From: an uncultured delta proteobacterium
GTDB taxonomy: Bacteria; Myxococcota; Myxococcia; Myxococcales; Anaeromyxobacteraceae
Reading direction: 5' to 3'
DNA: 64,000 nt
Assembly (NCBI GenBank): GCA_963766715.1
Contig: CAVYBH010000001.1
Location: 232,245 to 296,244, forward strand
Position numbers and translations under genes: made by a program
The notes under the pieces: generated by a model
Told to the model about the DNA's origin: nothing
The model's input: only the letters and a program-made list of their open reading frames with translations
The model's database searches: none
Part shown: positions 39,079 to 50,858 of the stretch, one piece after another
How positions within the stretch are numbered: the stretch's first letter is position 1
How the letters are laid out: the number at the start of each line of letters is the position of its first letter

Positions 39079-40257
39079 TCAGGCGCGGCGCAGGCATCGC
39101 TCGAACATCTCCACGTTCCGGCGCTCCGGCGCCAATCGCTCCACGAAGGCCAGCGCCGTGGCCCGGGCGCGATCGGCCATGGCCGCATGCGCATCCGGGC
39201 CCATGTCCACGCACGCCTGGAGGGCCGCCGTCCACCGGGCAGGATCCTCGAGGGGGAGGGTGAATCCAGCCCCCTCGAGCCCCAGGTCCGGCCAGGCGGT
39301 GCGGTCGCTCAGCACGACGGGGCAGCGGGCCACGAGCGACTCGAAGATCACGTGACCGAAGTTCTCCCCGAGCGTGGGCAGGACGAAGAAGTCGTGGGCC
39401 GCGAACGCCTCCATGACCCGGTCCGGAGGAAGCTCGCCTCGGTACTGCATGGCGACGTGGGACGGCAGCCGGGCCGCCTCGGCCTGGCACTCGTGCCAGT
39501 ACGACGCGTCGTCGGTGGTTCCGAAGACGTCCAGGGTCACGTCCCCCCGGAGACCGGAGAGCGCACGCAGGGCGAAGTGGAGGTTCTTCATGCGGGCGAC
39601 GCGGGAGATGAAGACGAACCGGGCGCGGCCGGGGATCTTGGGCGCTCTCGTCACTTCGACCCGGGGGGCCTCGCCAATCAGGTCCGGGCCGATCACGACG
39701 TCCGAGGCGGCCACCCAGGGAAGCGCGCGAAGGATGTCGTCGCGCTCCCGCCCGGTGGAGGCCTGCCAGAGCGCGCCCCGGTGGAGGCCCACCGTCCGTC
39801 CGAGCCGAAGGAAGGCGCGCTTCCGGAACCTCCGGATCCCGAGCGCTCCGGGCGAGCACTCCCCGCGGGGAGCGATGAGGAGGGGAAGGGACGGGGCGAT
39901 GCCCAGGCGCCTGGCGAGCAGGAAGCGGATGGTCATCCGCGAGAAGAGGCTGTTCGCGTAGACGAGAATCGGCACCCACCTCCCGGACGATGGCCCCGAG
40001 CCGGCGGACCGTTTCCTCGCCCGGCGGAAGGTAGAGCACGCGCGCCCGCCCCACATCCGTCCAGCGGAGCACCGGGACGTCGGGGTAGGGCGTGCTGGAC
40101 GCGTGGTCCCGGTTCCGCGTGACGATCCAGAAGTCGATGCCAGGAGGGAGGCTTGCCACCAGGTTCTGAACGGCCCGAAGTTGCCCGCCACCCCGGGTGC
40201 CGGGGAGGAAGTGGTCGACGAGCGTCAGGATCCTCACGCCGACCCCCAGGTGCTCAT
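39079..40257 (-). CDS. Glycosyltransferase family 4 (frameshift near 39970)
   Basis: FLPGTRGGG, APRGE, FISRVARMKNL, LPTLGENFGHVIFES. Confidence 0.88.
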
Positions 40258-41480
40258 GCGTGGCCTCGACCGGCCAGGCGGCGGAGGTCTGCCTCGATGC
40301 CGTCGATGCACACGTCCCGGGCAAAGTGGGCGCGGCAGTACGCGCGTCCTCGCTCCCCGAGCCGTGCCCGCTCGTCGGGCGGCATGCGGATCATCTTGCG
40401 CACGTTCGCCGCCAGGCCGGCGGCGTCTCCCGCACGAGAGGCCAGGCCCGCCCCCGATTCGGCGATGACGCGCGAGGCCTCCCCGTCGATGGAGCCCAGC
40501 ACCGGGCGGCCGGCGGCGAGGTAGGTCTGCAGCTTCGACGGGATGGTGAGCGAGAGCACCTCGTCCGGCACCAGGCTGACGAGCATCGCGCCGGCCTTCG
40601 CGAAGAGTCCGGGCATGTCGGAGAGCGGACGCCGGCCGACGAGGTGCACGCGGTCCGAAAGCCCCCGCCGACGGGACTCCTCGGCGAGCCACGGCTCGAG
40701 GGAGCCGTCGCCCACGAGTACCCACCGCACGTCGGGCTCGTCGCGGAGGAGGTCGGCGGCGGCGAGGACCGTCTCCAATCCCTGGACGCGACCCAGGTTG
40801 CCCGCGAACATGATCGGGAACCCACCCTCCCAGGCCTCCCGGACGTCTGGAAGCGCGACGGGCCGATCGAAGATGTCCTCGGCCCAGTTGGGAAGGTAGC
40901 CCGTCCGCTCCGGTCGCGCGCCGAGCGCCTGCAATCTCGGCAGGAACCCCTGGCTGGAGCCGAGCAGCAGGTCGGCACGCAGGTAGAGCCAGCGGGAGAG
41001 TGCACGAATGGGGGCGACGAGCGCGGGCGATCGCACCAGCCCCGAGGCGGTCACGCTCTCGGGCCAGAGGTCCTGGACCCAGACGACGAAGGGGACGCGG
41101 GCGAGGCCTTTCAGGACCACGGCCGGCACGATCGAGGTGATCGGGCTACCCCCGAAGACGAATGCCACGTCCCACCGGCCGCGGCGCAGGCCCACGACCC
41201 GGAGCGACGCGAGGAAGGCGTAGGACGCGTAGTTGAGGACCAGATTCCAGGCCCGCTTCCGGCCGCGCGGGACGAGGGGAACCCTGTGCACGGGAATCCC
41301 ATGGTAGTCCTCTCGAAGTGGCGAGGTGGGGCGATATCCGTCGAAGTACCGGCCGGAAGGGTAGTTGGGCATCCCGGTGAGCACCTCAACGGAATGTCCA
41401 CGCGCCTGCAATCCGAGCGCGAGGTCGTTCACCTTGAAGGACTCCGGCCAGAAGTATTGCGAGATGATGAGGATTCGCAC
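40254..41480 (-). CDS. Glycosyltransferase family 4, WbuB-like (L-FucNAc/L-QuiNAc transferase type)
   Basis: ILIISQYFWPE, VLTGMPNYPSG, QDLWPES, FAGNLGRVQGL, IPSKLQTYLAAG. Confidence 0.9.
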   Translation of the reverse strand: MRILIISQYFWPESFKVNDLALGLQARGHSVEVLTGMPNYPSGRYFDGYRPTSPLREDYHGIPVHRVPLVPRGRKRAWNLVLNYASYAFLASLRVVGLRRGRWDVAFVFGGSPITSIVPAVVLKGLARVPFVVWVQDLWPESVTASGLVRSPALVAPIRALSRWLYLRADLLLGSSQGFLPRLQALGARPERTGYLPNWAEDIFDRPVALPDVREAWEGGFPIMFAGNLGRVQGLETVLAAADLLRDEPDVRWVLVGDGSLEPWLAEESRRRGLSDRVHLVGRRPLSDMPGLFAKAGAMLVSLVPDEVLSLTIPSKLQTYLAAGRPVLGSIDGEASRVIAESGAGLASRAGDAAGLAANVRKMIRMPPDERARLGERGRAYCRAHFARDVCIDGIEADLRRLAGRGHA

Positions 41481-41569
41481 GTGGAGCTCCGGAAAGGGAG
41501 TGACGTAACCATGTTTCCGAGGCGCAGTCATCCCAGAGAATCGCGCCTCGGGGAGGTTCCGCGAGGTCG

Positions 41570-42602
41570 ATGAACCTTCCCGGCATCGCGCTCGTGGGTG
41601 GCGGCAGCCTCCTCGCTTCCCTCCTGCTGGTCCGCGCCGTTCGCGATTTTGCGAGCCGGCGCGCGCTGCTCGACCGGCCCAACGAGCGAAGTTCCCACGA
41701 GGTCCCGAAGCCTGCGCCTCGGCGGGATTGGCGTCGTCCTGCCGCTCCTCTGCACCGGGGCCGTGCTGGTGGGGGCCGGCCTCGCCCCTGGCGCGCTCCT
41801 CGTTCCCCTGGCGGCCACGGCGCTCATCGCGCTGCTCGGACTCGCGGACGACGTCCGCCCGCTGCCGGCCCGGGTCCGCTTCGGCGTGCAGGTGGGGCTC
41901 GCCTCGCTGGTGGTCGCGTCGTCGTACGGCCGGTTGCCGGTCGCGGCAGGTCTCCTCGGCGCGTGGATCCCCTCTCCGGCGCTGGCCGTGCTGGCCGTGC
42001 TGTGGATCGTCTGGCTCACGAACCTCTACAACTTCATGGACGGCATCGACGGGCTCGCCGGCGTCCAGGCCCTCACCGCCTCGGCAGGGCTGGCGGTGGT
42101 CGCGCTGGCGGTGGGGGCGGGCGCGTCGGCGTGGCTGCTCCTCGCGCTCGGCGGGGCGAGCCTGGGCTTCCTCGTCTTCAACTTCCCGCCGTCCTCGATC
42201 TTCATGGGGGATGTCGGCTCCACCGCGGTGGGCTTCTTCTTCGGCTGCCTTCCGCTGTTTCCCGAGGCGCATCCCGTACCGGTTGCCCCCGTGGCCCTGG
42301 CGCTCTCGCTCTTCGTTCTGGACGCCACGGTGACCCTGCTGCGGCGGGTCGCGAGAGGGGAACGGTGGTACGCGCCCCACCGCACCCACCTCTACCAGCG
42401 ACCGGTGGTCCTGGGCGTCGGCCACCGGGCCGTCCTCGTCGCCGCCGGCGCCGGAATGGCCGCGGTCGCCGCCTGCGCCGTGGCATGGCCACTCACGGGT
42501 ACCTCCGGAAGGGTCATGGCCGCCATGATGCCGTTCTTCCTGTTTTTTCTGGCGACGATCGTCGTCCGGCGACTCGAAAGCGGCAGGAAATCGAGCCCAT
42601 GA
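41570..42602 (+). CDS. Polytopic undecaprenyl-phosphate HexNAc-1-P transferase (WecA/WbpL/MraY family), frameshift near 41712
   Basis: DRPNERSSH, GLADD, NLYNFMDGIDGL, IFMGDVGS, PHRTHLYQ. Confidence 0.92.
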
Positions 42603-42698
42603 ACAGGTATTGGTTTCCCCCGAGTGTACTTTTCCTGTCATTCTCAAGGGTTCGTACAGTCTTTGTAGAATCACGGGGTTAGCCGGGAGGGGAGATAG

Positions 42699-44587
42699 AT
42701 GGCGTACGTCCAGGGGCGGGAGACGGGCCGCTTCGCGGCGTTGCTGGCGTTCGACGCCATGGCCACGACGGCGGCGCTCTTCCTCGCGGCGGCGCTCCGC
42801 TTCGACGGCAACACGCCTCCCGAATGGGCGCACGTCCTGTTCGACGCCCTGCCGGTCCTCATCGGGGCGCGGCTCGCGACCTTGTGGCTCGCCCGGATGC
42901 ACCGCTGGTCGTTCTACCTGTCGGGACTCGAGGAAGGGCTTCGCCTGGGCGCGGCCACCCTGGGCGGAACGCTGGTCTTCTCCGTAGTCTGGTACGCGGG
43001 CCTCCGGAGCTGGCTGCCGGTCTCCATCGTCATCCTCGAGCTCTTCATCACCTCGTTCTTCCTTGCCGCGGTCCGGTACGTCCCGCGGATCGCCACCACC
43101 ACCATCCGCGAGCGCTTCGACGAGGGGTACCAGCGGACGCTCATCGTGGGAGCGGGCAGCGCTGGCGACCTGCTTCTCCGCGACCTGCGCCGCTCCCCGG
43201 AGCAAGAAGATCCGCGTGATCGGCTTCGTCGACGACAATCCGCGCAAGCACAGGATGACGCTGGGAGGGAAGCCGATCCTGGGAAACATCGAGCAGCTGC
43301 CCGGAGCTCATCCAGGAGCTACCGCAGGTCTCCCTCGTCATGCTCGCCATCATGGAGCTGCCCGCCGAGCGGGTCCGGCACATCCTCGACACCTGCGCGG
43401 CCTCACAAGGCGAAGTTCAAGATCATCCCGGCCTCCTTCACGCAGATGCGACCAGCGGCTCCGGCCGCCATCCTCCAGGAGCTGCAGCCCCAGTACCCGC
43501 TCCCCGCGGCGCGGTCAGTCGAGGCCGGCGAGGCGCCTCGCCCTCGAGGGGCCGCCGCATCCGGTGACGCGCCGCCGGCTCCATCGGCCGCGAGATCGCC
43601 TGCAGCGCCTCAGCCGGCGCGGACCAGCTGGTGCTGGGTGGACATGAACGAGAACGGCTGAACCTCCTCGCGCGACCGTTACGCGGCATTTACCGGAGCC
43701 TCGCTCCGGACCGAGGTCCCCGACGTCCGCGAGCGGGAGCCGCATCCCGCGCCTTCGTGTCGCCGTACCGGCCCCAGATCGTCTTCCACGCCGCCGCCCA
43801 CAAGCACGTGCCGCTCATGGAGACGCCCCGTCGAGGCGGTGAAGAACAACGTCTTCGGCACGAAAACGTGGCGCTGGCCGACGCACGCGTGGAGCGCTTC
43901 GTCCTGATCTCCACGGACAAGGCGGTCAGCCGACACGGTGATGGGCGCGTCCAAGCGGGTCGCCGAGATGCTCGTCCGCGACCTGGGCCGGGCAGCGCCG
44001 CAACGGCATCCTGCGCCGTGCGCTTCGGCAACGTGCTGGGCTCAGCCGGCACCGTCGTCCCGCTGTTCCGCAGCAGATCGGCAGGCGGCCCGTGACCGTC
44101 ACGCACCCCGATATGCACCGGTACTTCATGACCATCCCCGAGGCGGTTGGCCTCGTCCTCTCACGGCCGCCGGCGACTAGGGCGAGCTGTGCGTGCTGGA
44201 CATGGGCGAGCGGGTCCGCATCGGGACCTGGCCGACCAATGATCACCATGGCCGGCTACGTCCCGGGCGTGGACATCGAGATCGCCTTCACGGCCTGCGC
44301 GCCGGCGAGAAGCTCTTCGAGGAGCTCCTGACCGAGCACGAGGAGCGCACCCGCCAGGGTGCGCGAACCGCATCCTCTCGGCAGAGAGCCCACCCCCTCC
44401 GCCCGACCTGCGCGAGCGCCTGGCGGAGCTGCGTCGCCTCGCCGAAGCGGGGGACGTCGATGGTCTCCTTCGCGCCATGCGAGTGCTCGTCCCCTCCTTC
44501 GAGCCCCAGGGGCTCCACGGACGCGGCCAGGAGGCCGAGCGGCGCGAGGTCTCCGAGATCTTCCCGGTGCCGCCAGCCCGGGCCTAG
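42699..44587 (+). CDS. Membrane-bound nucleotide-sugar 4,6-dehydratase (CapD/WbpM/PglF-like), heavily frameshifted
   Basis: Four N-terminal [60 protein letters not shown]. Confidence 0.9.
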
Positions 44588-44645
44588 GCGCTCCCATCCC
44601 AGGCAGTCCTTTACTCCGGCCGGTGGACGGGATTACTTGTTGGCG

Positions 44646-45425
44646 ATGAAGGCCGTCATCCTCTGCGGTGGCCAGGGCACCCGCATCCGCGACGCCAGCG
44701 AGGCGATCCCCAAGCCGATGCTCCCGATCGGCGGCAAGCCGATCGTCTGGCACATCATGAAGTCCTACGCGCGCACGGCGTGAAGGAGTTCGTGCTCTGC
44801 CTGGGCTACAAGAGCTGGCTCATCAAGGAGTTCTTCCTCCACTACCGCCCCATGACGACCGACGTGACGGTCACGCTCGGCCGCCACGACCGGTCGAGTT
44901 CCACGGCCGGCACGGCGAGGAGGACTGGCGGGTGACACTCGCCGAGACCGGGGAGGACACCATGACCGGCGGCCGGGTCGCGGCGGTCCGCCGGTACGTC
45001 GAGGGCGACGAGCCCTTCCTGCTCACCTACGGTGACGGCGTCTCCGACGTGGACATCGCGCAACTCGTCGCTGTTCCACCGCGCCCACGGCAAGGTCGCC
45101 ACGGTGACCGCGGTGCGCCCGCCGGGGCGCTTCGGCGAGATGCGCATCGACGGCGGGCGCGTCACGGAGTTCAACGAGAAGCCGCAGGCCAGCGAGGGAT
45201 TCATCAACGGGGGCTTCTTCGTCCTCGACGGCCGACGGATCTGGGACTACATGGGCACGAGCCCCGGACGGTGCTCGAGCGGGAGCCCATGCGGCGGCTC
45301 GCGGCGGACGGGCAGCTCGTCGCCTTCCGGCACACCGGCTTCTGGCAGCCCATGGACACCTGCGCGAGTACACGCTCCTGAACGACCTGTGGGCGAGCGG
45401 GAAGGCGCCCTGGAAGACCTGGTGA
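44646..45425 (+). CDS. rfbF: Glucose-1-phosphate cytidylyltransferase (frameshifted)
   Basis: [46 protein letters not shown]. Confidence 0.93.
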
Positions 45426-46525
45426 TGGCGGCGCCCACCCGCCAGGACCTCGCCCGCGCCTACGCGGGCAAGCGGGTGTTCCTGACCGGGCACACCGGGT
45501 TCAAGGGAGGCTGGCTCGCGCTCTGGCTCCGCGACCTGGGGGCCGAGGTCCACGGGTACGCGCTGGCGCCCGACCCCGACCCGGTCCTCTTCCGGGCCGC
45601 CGGCGTCGAGGAGGCGGTCCACCACCGGGTCGGCGACGTGCGGGACCCCGCCGCGCTCCGGGCCGCGCTCGAGGAGGCCCGCCCCGACTTCGTCTTCCAC
45701 CTCGCCGCCCAGCCACTCGTCCGGGAGAGCTACGCCGCGCCGGTGGCGACCGTCGAGACGAACGTCCTCGGGACGGTGCACCTGCTCGAGGCCATCCGGC
45801 TGGCGCGGCGCCCCTGCGCGGTGGTGGTCGTGACGAGCGACAAGGCCTACGAGAACCGGGAGCGGCACGAGGGGTACCGGCGAGGACGAGGCCATGGGCG
45901 GCCACGACCTCTACTCGGCGTCGAAGGGGGCCGCCGAGATCCTCACCTCGGCCTACCGGCGCAGCTTCTTCCTCCCGCGCGCCTCGCCGACCACGGCGTG
46001 GCGCTCGCCACCGCCCGGGCCGGAAACGTGGTGGGCGGAGGCGACTGGGCGAAGGATCGGATCGTCCCGGACGCGGTCGCGCGCTCGCGGCGGGCCGGCC
46101 GATCCCGGTCCGAAACCCGCGCCGTGCGCCCCTGGCAGCACGTGCTCGAGCCGCTCGGCGGCTACCTGCTGCTGGGCGCCCGCCTGGCCGGGCGGGCGGC
46201 GCCGCCTTCGCGGAGGGCTGGAACTTCGGCCCGCGCGACGAGGACGCCGTGCCGGTTCGCGACCTGGTCGAGAACCTCATCGCGGCCTGGGGCAGCGGAA
46301 CCTGGGAGGACCGGAGCGATCCCGCGCGCCCCACGAGGCGACCTTCCTGCGGCTGCGCATCGAGAAGGCCCGGGACCGGCTCGGCTGGGCGCCGCGCTGG
46401 GGCGTCGGCGAGGCGATGCGGCGCACCGCCGAGTGGTACCGGGCCTTCCACGCCGGCGCGGGCCCGCCGAGATGCGGGCGCTCACGCTGGCCCAGATCCA
46501 CGACTACGAGGGAGCCGCCGCGTGA
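45425..46525 (+). CDS. rfbG: CDP-glucose 4,6-dehydratase (frameshifted)
   Basis: [52 protein letters not shown]. Confidence 0.95.
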   Translation: MAAPTRQDLARAYAGKRVFLTGHTGFKGGWLALWLRDLGAEVHGYALAPDPDPVLFRAAGVEEAVHHRVGDVRDPAALRAALEEARPDFVFHLAAQPLVRESYAAPVATVETNVLGTVHLLEAIRLARRPCAVVVVTSDKAYENRERHEGYRRGRGHGRPRPLLGVEGGRRDPHLGLPAQLLPPARLADHGVALATARAGNVVGGGDWAKDRIVPDAVARSRRAGRSRSETRAVRPWQHVLEPLGGYLLLGARLAGRAAPPSRRAGTSARATRTPCRFATWSRTSSRPGAAEPGRTGAIPRAPRGDLPAAAHREGPGPARLGAALGRRRGDAAHRRVVPGLPRRRGPAEMRALTLAQIHDYEGAAA

Positions 46526-47906
46526 CCGACCGGAAGGCAGAGGAGCGCCGGCTCACCGGCGAGATCGTCGAGCGGATGAGGGAGCTGGCGCGCCTGCGGG
46601 CCGAGGAGGAGCAGGAGCCCTTCGTCCCCGGCAAGACCCCCGTTCGCTACGCCGGGCGGGTCTACGGCGAGGAGGAGATGGCGAACCTGGCCGAGGCGTC
46701 GGCCGAGTTCTGGCTCACCGCCGGGCGCTGGCACCGGCGGCTGGAGACGGACCTCGCCGATGGTACGGCGTGAAGCACGCACGACTCGTGAACTCCGGGC
46801 TCGTCCGCGAACCTGCTCGCGGTGGCGGCGCTCACGAGCCACCTGCTCGGCGACCGGCGGCTGCGGCCGGGCGACGAGGTGATCACCGTCGCGGCGGGGT
46901 TCCCGACCACGGTGGCGCCGATCATCCAGCACGGGCTGGTCCCGGTGTTCGTCGACGTGACGTCCCCACCTGCAACGCCGACGTCTCGCGGCTGGAGGCG
47001 GCCCGCTCCCCGCGCACGCGCGCGGTGATGATGGCGCACACGCTGGGGAACCCGTTCGACCTCGGCGCGGTGAAGGCCTTCTGCGATCGGCACGACCTGT
47101 GGCTCGTCGAGGACAACTGCGACGCCGCGGGCTCGACTACCAGGGGAAGAAGACCGGGACCTTCGGCCACCTGGCCACGCTCTCCTTCTACCCGCCGCAC
47201 CACATGACGACCGGGGAGGGCGGGGCGGTGCTCACGAGCGACGGCCAGCTCCTGCGCGCGCGTGGAGAGCCTCCGCGACTGGGGGCGCGACTGCTGGTGC
47301 CAGTCGGGCGTGGACAACACCTGCGGCAAGCGCTTCGAGTGGCAGCTGGGCGAGCTCCCGAGCGGCTACGACCACAAGTACGTGTACAGCCACCTCGGCT
47401 ACAACCTGAAGATGACCGACCTGCAGGCGGCGGTCGGCGTGGCCCAGCTGGCGCGGCTCGACGGATTCGGGGCCGCGCGGCGGAGGAACTGGGCCTTCTA
47501 CCGCGAGGCGCTCGACGACCTGCAGGACGTGCTCGTGCTCCCCGAGGCGACGCCCGGCTCCGACCCGAGCTGGTTCGGCTTCCTGGTGACGGTGCGCCCG
47601 GGAGCCCCTTCACCCGCGACGACCTGGTTCGCAAGCTGGAGGCAGCGGAAGATCCAGACCCGGATGCTCTTCGCCGGCAACCTCGTCCGGCAGCCCGCGA
47701 TGACGGTGCTCGCCGCGCAGGCAGCGCGGGCCGGCGACCGCGCCGTACCGCGGCGTCTGGCAGAGCTCGAGAACACCGACGTCGTCATGAACCGGTCGCT
47801 GTGGGTGGGGGTCTATCCGGGGCTCACCGAGGCGATGCGCGACTGGGTCGCCCGATCGTTCCGGGAAATATGCAGGACTGGAAAGAGGGGAGCGGCCGCA
47901 AGATGA
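46522..47906 (+). CDS. rfbH: CDP-4-keto-6-deoxyglucose 3-dehydratase (E1, DdhC), frameshifted
   Basis: [43 protein letters not shown] (His at the PMP site), RDWGRDCWC...NTCGKRF, YDHKY. Confidence 0.95.
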
Positions 47907-48578
47907 GGGGACGAACTGCACTTGTCACAGGGGGCGCACGCGGAATTGGGCAGGCAATCGTCGAGCTGCTTCGAAGGGAGGAGGGGGGGTTCGTCCTGGC
48001 CCCGACCCGGCAGGAAATGGACCTGACCTCGGTCGGAGTCGATCGAGCGGTGCTGCGGGACCTGCAACTGCCCGTCGACATCCTGGTGAACAACGCGGGG
48101 ATCAACCCCCTGGGGTCGGCGGGCAGACTTCACCGATTTCACGACCTTGCCGCCACCATCCAGGTCAACCTGGTCGCCCCCATGCTGCTCGCGCGGGCGC
48201 TGGCCCCCGCCATGGCGCAGCGCGGCTTCGGGAGTACGTCAACGTCAGCTCCATCTGGAGTGCCGTGTCGCAATCCAGGCGTTTCGTGTACTCGACCACC
48301 AAGGCGGGGTTGAACGGCATGACACGGGCGCTCGCGGTCGAGGTCTACGGAATCGGCGTGTTCGTGAACTCCGTCGCACCGGGATACGTGAACACCGAGA
48401 TGACGAAGAAGAACAATGCGCCCGACGAGTTGCGGCGCATCGCCGGGACCATCCCAGCCGGCCGCCTCGCCGAGCCCCCGGAGATCGCGGCGGTCGTGGG
48501 CTTTCTCTGCTCGGCGCGGAACAGCTGCTCGTGACCGGGCAGACCCTCTTCGTCGACGGCGGCTTCACCATCGTATGA
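47903..48578 (+). CDS. Short-chain dehydrogenase/reductase (frameshifted)
   Basis: [31 protein letters not shown]. Confidence 0.88.
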
Positions 48579-49744
48579 GGCTCGACAGGCTCCCGCAGAG
48601 GATTGCCGGAAGGATTCGCCGGGAGGTCTCGTCCACGGCCCAGATTTGGCGCAAGAGCCGCGAGCTCGCGGGCGACCCGGACTACGATCTGGGCCGGGTG
48701 GACGAGGGATTCGCCGACCGCAGGGAGCCGCCCGCGGACGACTCGGAGATCCTGACCCGCATCTGCGTGGCCTACGGCAAGGCCAAGGCGATCCAGAAGG
48801 ACGCCTCGCCCGTCTACCGGCCGAGCAACGAGTGGCTGCCCGTCTACGAGGCGCCGCTCAAGCCCGTCATGGCGGCGCTGTCCAGCCACGACCTCCCCTC
48901 GCTCCGGAGGATGTACGGCAACTTCTGGAGGGACCCCTGCAGCACGGGGCTCCTGGGCTGGCCGCTCGACATGCAGACGGCCTTCTTCGGGAGGCGCATC
49001 AGCCGGCGCCACCGGATGCTGATGCTGAACGACGTGATTCACCGGCACCGGCTGTGGCGGAGCCTGCTCGGCAACACGCACGGCGTGAAGGACCTGGAAG
49101 CGCCCGCCATCGGCAATCCCTTCGGGTTCTTCGTCGACGGCACGTTCCTGAACTGCGGATGCGACTACCAGCACTACTACGCCACGCTCATCGGCCGGCT
49201 GCTCCGGACGGAGTCGACTCCCTGCGTGGTGGAGCTGGGCGGCGGGTTCGGGGGAATGGCGTACTACCTGATCCGCGACAACCCGGGCGCCGCCTACGTC
49301 GACCTGGACCTCCCGGAGAACGCCGCGCTCACCGCCTACCACCTCCTGAAGGCATTTCCCGGGAGGCGGATCCGCCTGTTCGGCGAGGCCGGATCGATTG
49401 AGGCGTCCATCCGGGACCGGGAGATCCAGATCCTGCCCAGCTTCGAGGCCGGGAACCTCCCGGACCAGTGCGCCGGCGTCGCCTTCAACTCCTACAGCCT
49501 GGCGGAGATGTCCCGGGAGACCATCACGTCCTTCATCCAGGACATCAGCCGGGTGGTTCACCCGAAGGGATATTTCCTCCACGTGAACCACAACAAGAAC
49601 AGCCTGGTCACCGCCGACGAGTTCGGCGTGGATCCCGCGCGCTTCGACCTGCTCTACAAGGTCCCGGCCATGTGGAACCTGGGGATCAATCCCCGGATGG
49701 ACGAGTTCGAGTACCTGTACAAGAAGAGGGCCTCGGCGGCCTGA
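48575..49744 (+). CDS. Putative sugar O-methyltransferase
   Basis: IGNP, VVELGGGFGGMAYY, YVDLDLPE, FNSYSLAEM. Confidence 0.75.
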   Translation: MRLDRLPQRIAGRIRREVSSTAQIWRKSRELAGDPDYDLGRVDEGFADRREPPADDSEILTRICVAYGKAKAIQKDASPVYRPSNEWLPVYEAPLKPVMAALSSHDLPSLRRMYGNFWRDPCSTGLLGWPLDMQTAFFGRRISRRHRMLMLNDVIHRHRLWRSLLGNTHGVKDLEAPAIGNPFGFFVDGTFLNCGCDYQHYYATLIGRLLRTESTPCVVELGGGFGGMAYYLIRDNPGAAYVDLDLPENAALTAYHLLKAFPGRRIRLFGEAGSIEASIRDREIQILPSFEAGNLPDQCAGVAFNSYSLAEMSRETITSFIQDISRVVHPKGYFLHVNHNKNSLVTADEFGVDPARFDLLYKVPAMWNLGINPRMDEFEYLYKKRASAA

Positions 49745-49768
49745 GGGCCGGGCCCGCCGCGGGGCGGC

Positions 49769-50858
49769 CTACAGCCCGCGCAGCTCGATCCGCGCGGAGC
49801 TCCTCGTCGTAGGCGTACGGGCTGTCGACACGTCGATCATGATCGGCTTGTCCGCCTCCACCGGCTCAGCAGCACCTCGCCGCGCATCAGCTCGCGGCAG
49901 GAGATCTGCCCCTTCTGCAGCGGGATGGCGAGATAGACGTCCCTCGTGCCTCGCGTGAGCACGTGGCCGGCCGGCAGGTCGCGCTCGCGCGTAGACGCCG
50001 CGGACAGGGCGTCGAGGTACGTCGATCTCCTTGTCGCATCGGCCGCTTCTGCTCGATGCCGGGCGCGCCGCACATCTCCTGCGCCTTCTTGAAGGCCTTG
50101 AACCAGTTGTCGATCTGCTGGGGCAGCGAGCAGTACGGGGAGACGCCACGCCGTCGGCGTCGATGTCGATGTGGCGCTCGAAGGTGCGCGCGCCCTTGGC
50201 GTAGGCGATCAGCGATCGACGCGGTCCAGTCGTGGTACTCGTGCGTCGAGAAGCCGATGACGTGGTCCGGGTAGCGGTTCGCGCAGGAAGTCGATCTGGT
50301 TGAGCTCGAGCTCGTGGTCCTCGGTCGGGTAGAGCGAGACGCAGTGGTTGATGGCCAGCGGGATGTTGCGGTTCTCGAAGAAGGTGACGAGGTCGTCCAT
50401 GTCCTTCAGCGACGAGCCGCCGGTGGACACGATGACCGGCTTGCCGTGGTCCGCGATCTTCTCGATCAGGATCCAGTCGTTGATGTCGGAGCTGGCGATC
50501 TTGATGATCGGCAGGCCGAGCTCCACGCACAGGTCGACGGACTCCTCGTCGAACGGCGTGGCCATCGGGATGCAGCCGCTCTCGCGGATCGCCTCCACCA
50601 GCGTGGCGTAGTCGTCGTTCGGCAGCTGGGTGTCGAGACGTCTCTTGATGTAGCGGATGTCGGTGCGGTCGCCGGAAGTCCTTGTGGATGAAGCTCTCGA
50701 CGTCGCGGAACTGGAGCTTGATCGCGGCCCGGACGTTGTTGAAGCGGACGATGCGCGAGAACTCTAGATGATCTTCAGGCCGCGCTCGAGCTTGCCCGGT
50801 GGTTGTTGGCCATCTCCAGGACGAAGAGGTCCTCGAAGATGTCGCGGTTCATGATCAT
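49769..50858 (-). CDS. NeuB/SpsE-family PEP-dependent ulosonate synthase with SAF domain (frameshifted)
   Basis: LEMANNH, AIKLQFR, TPFDEESVD, KIASSD, IVSTGG, HCVSLYP, GFSTHE, FERH. Confidence 0.88.
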
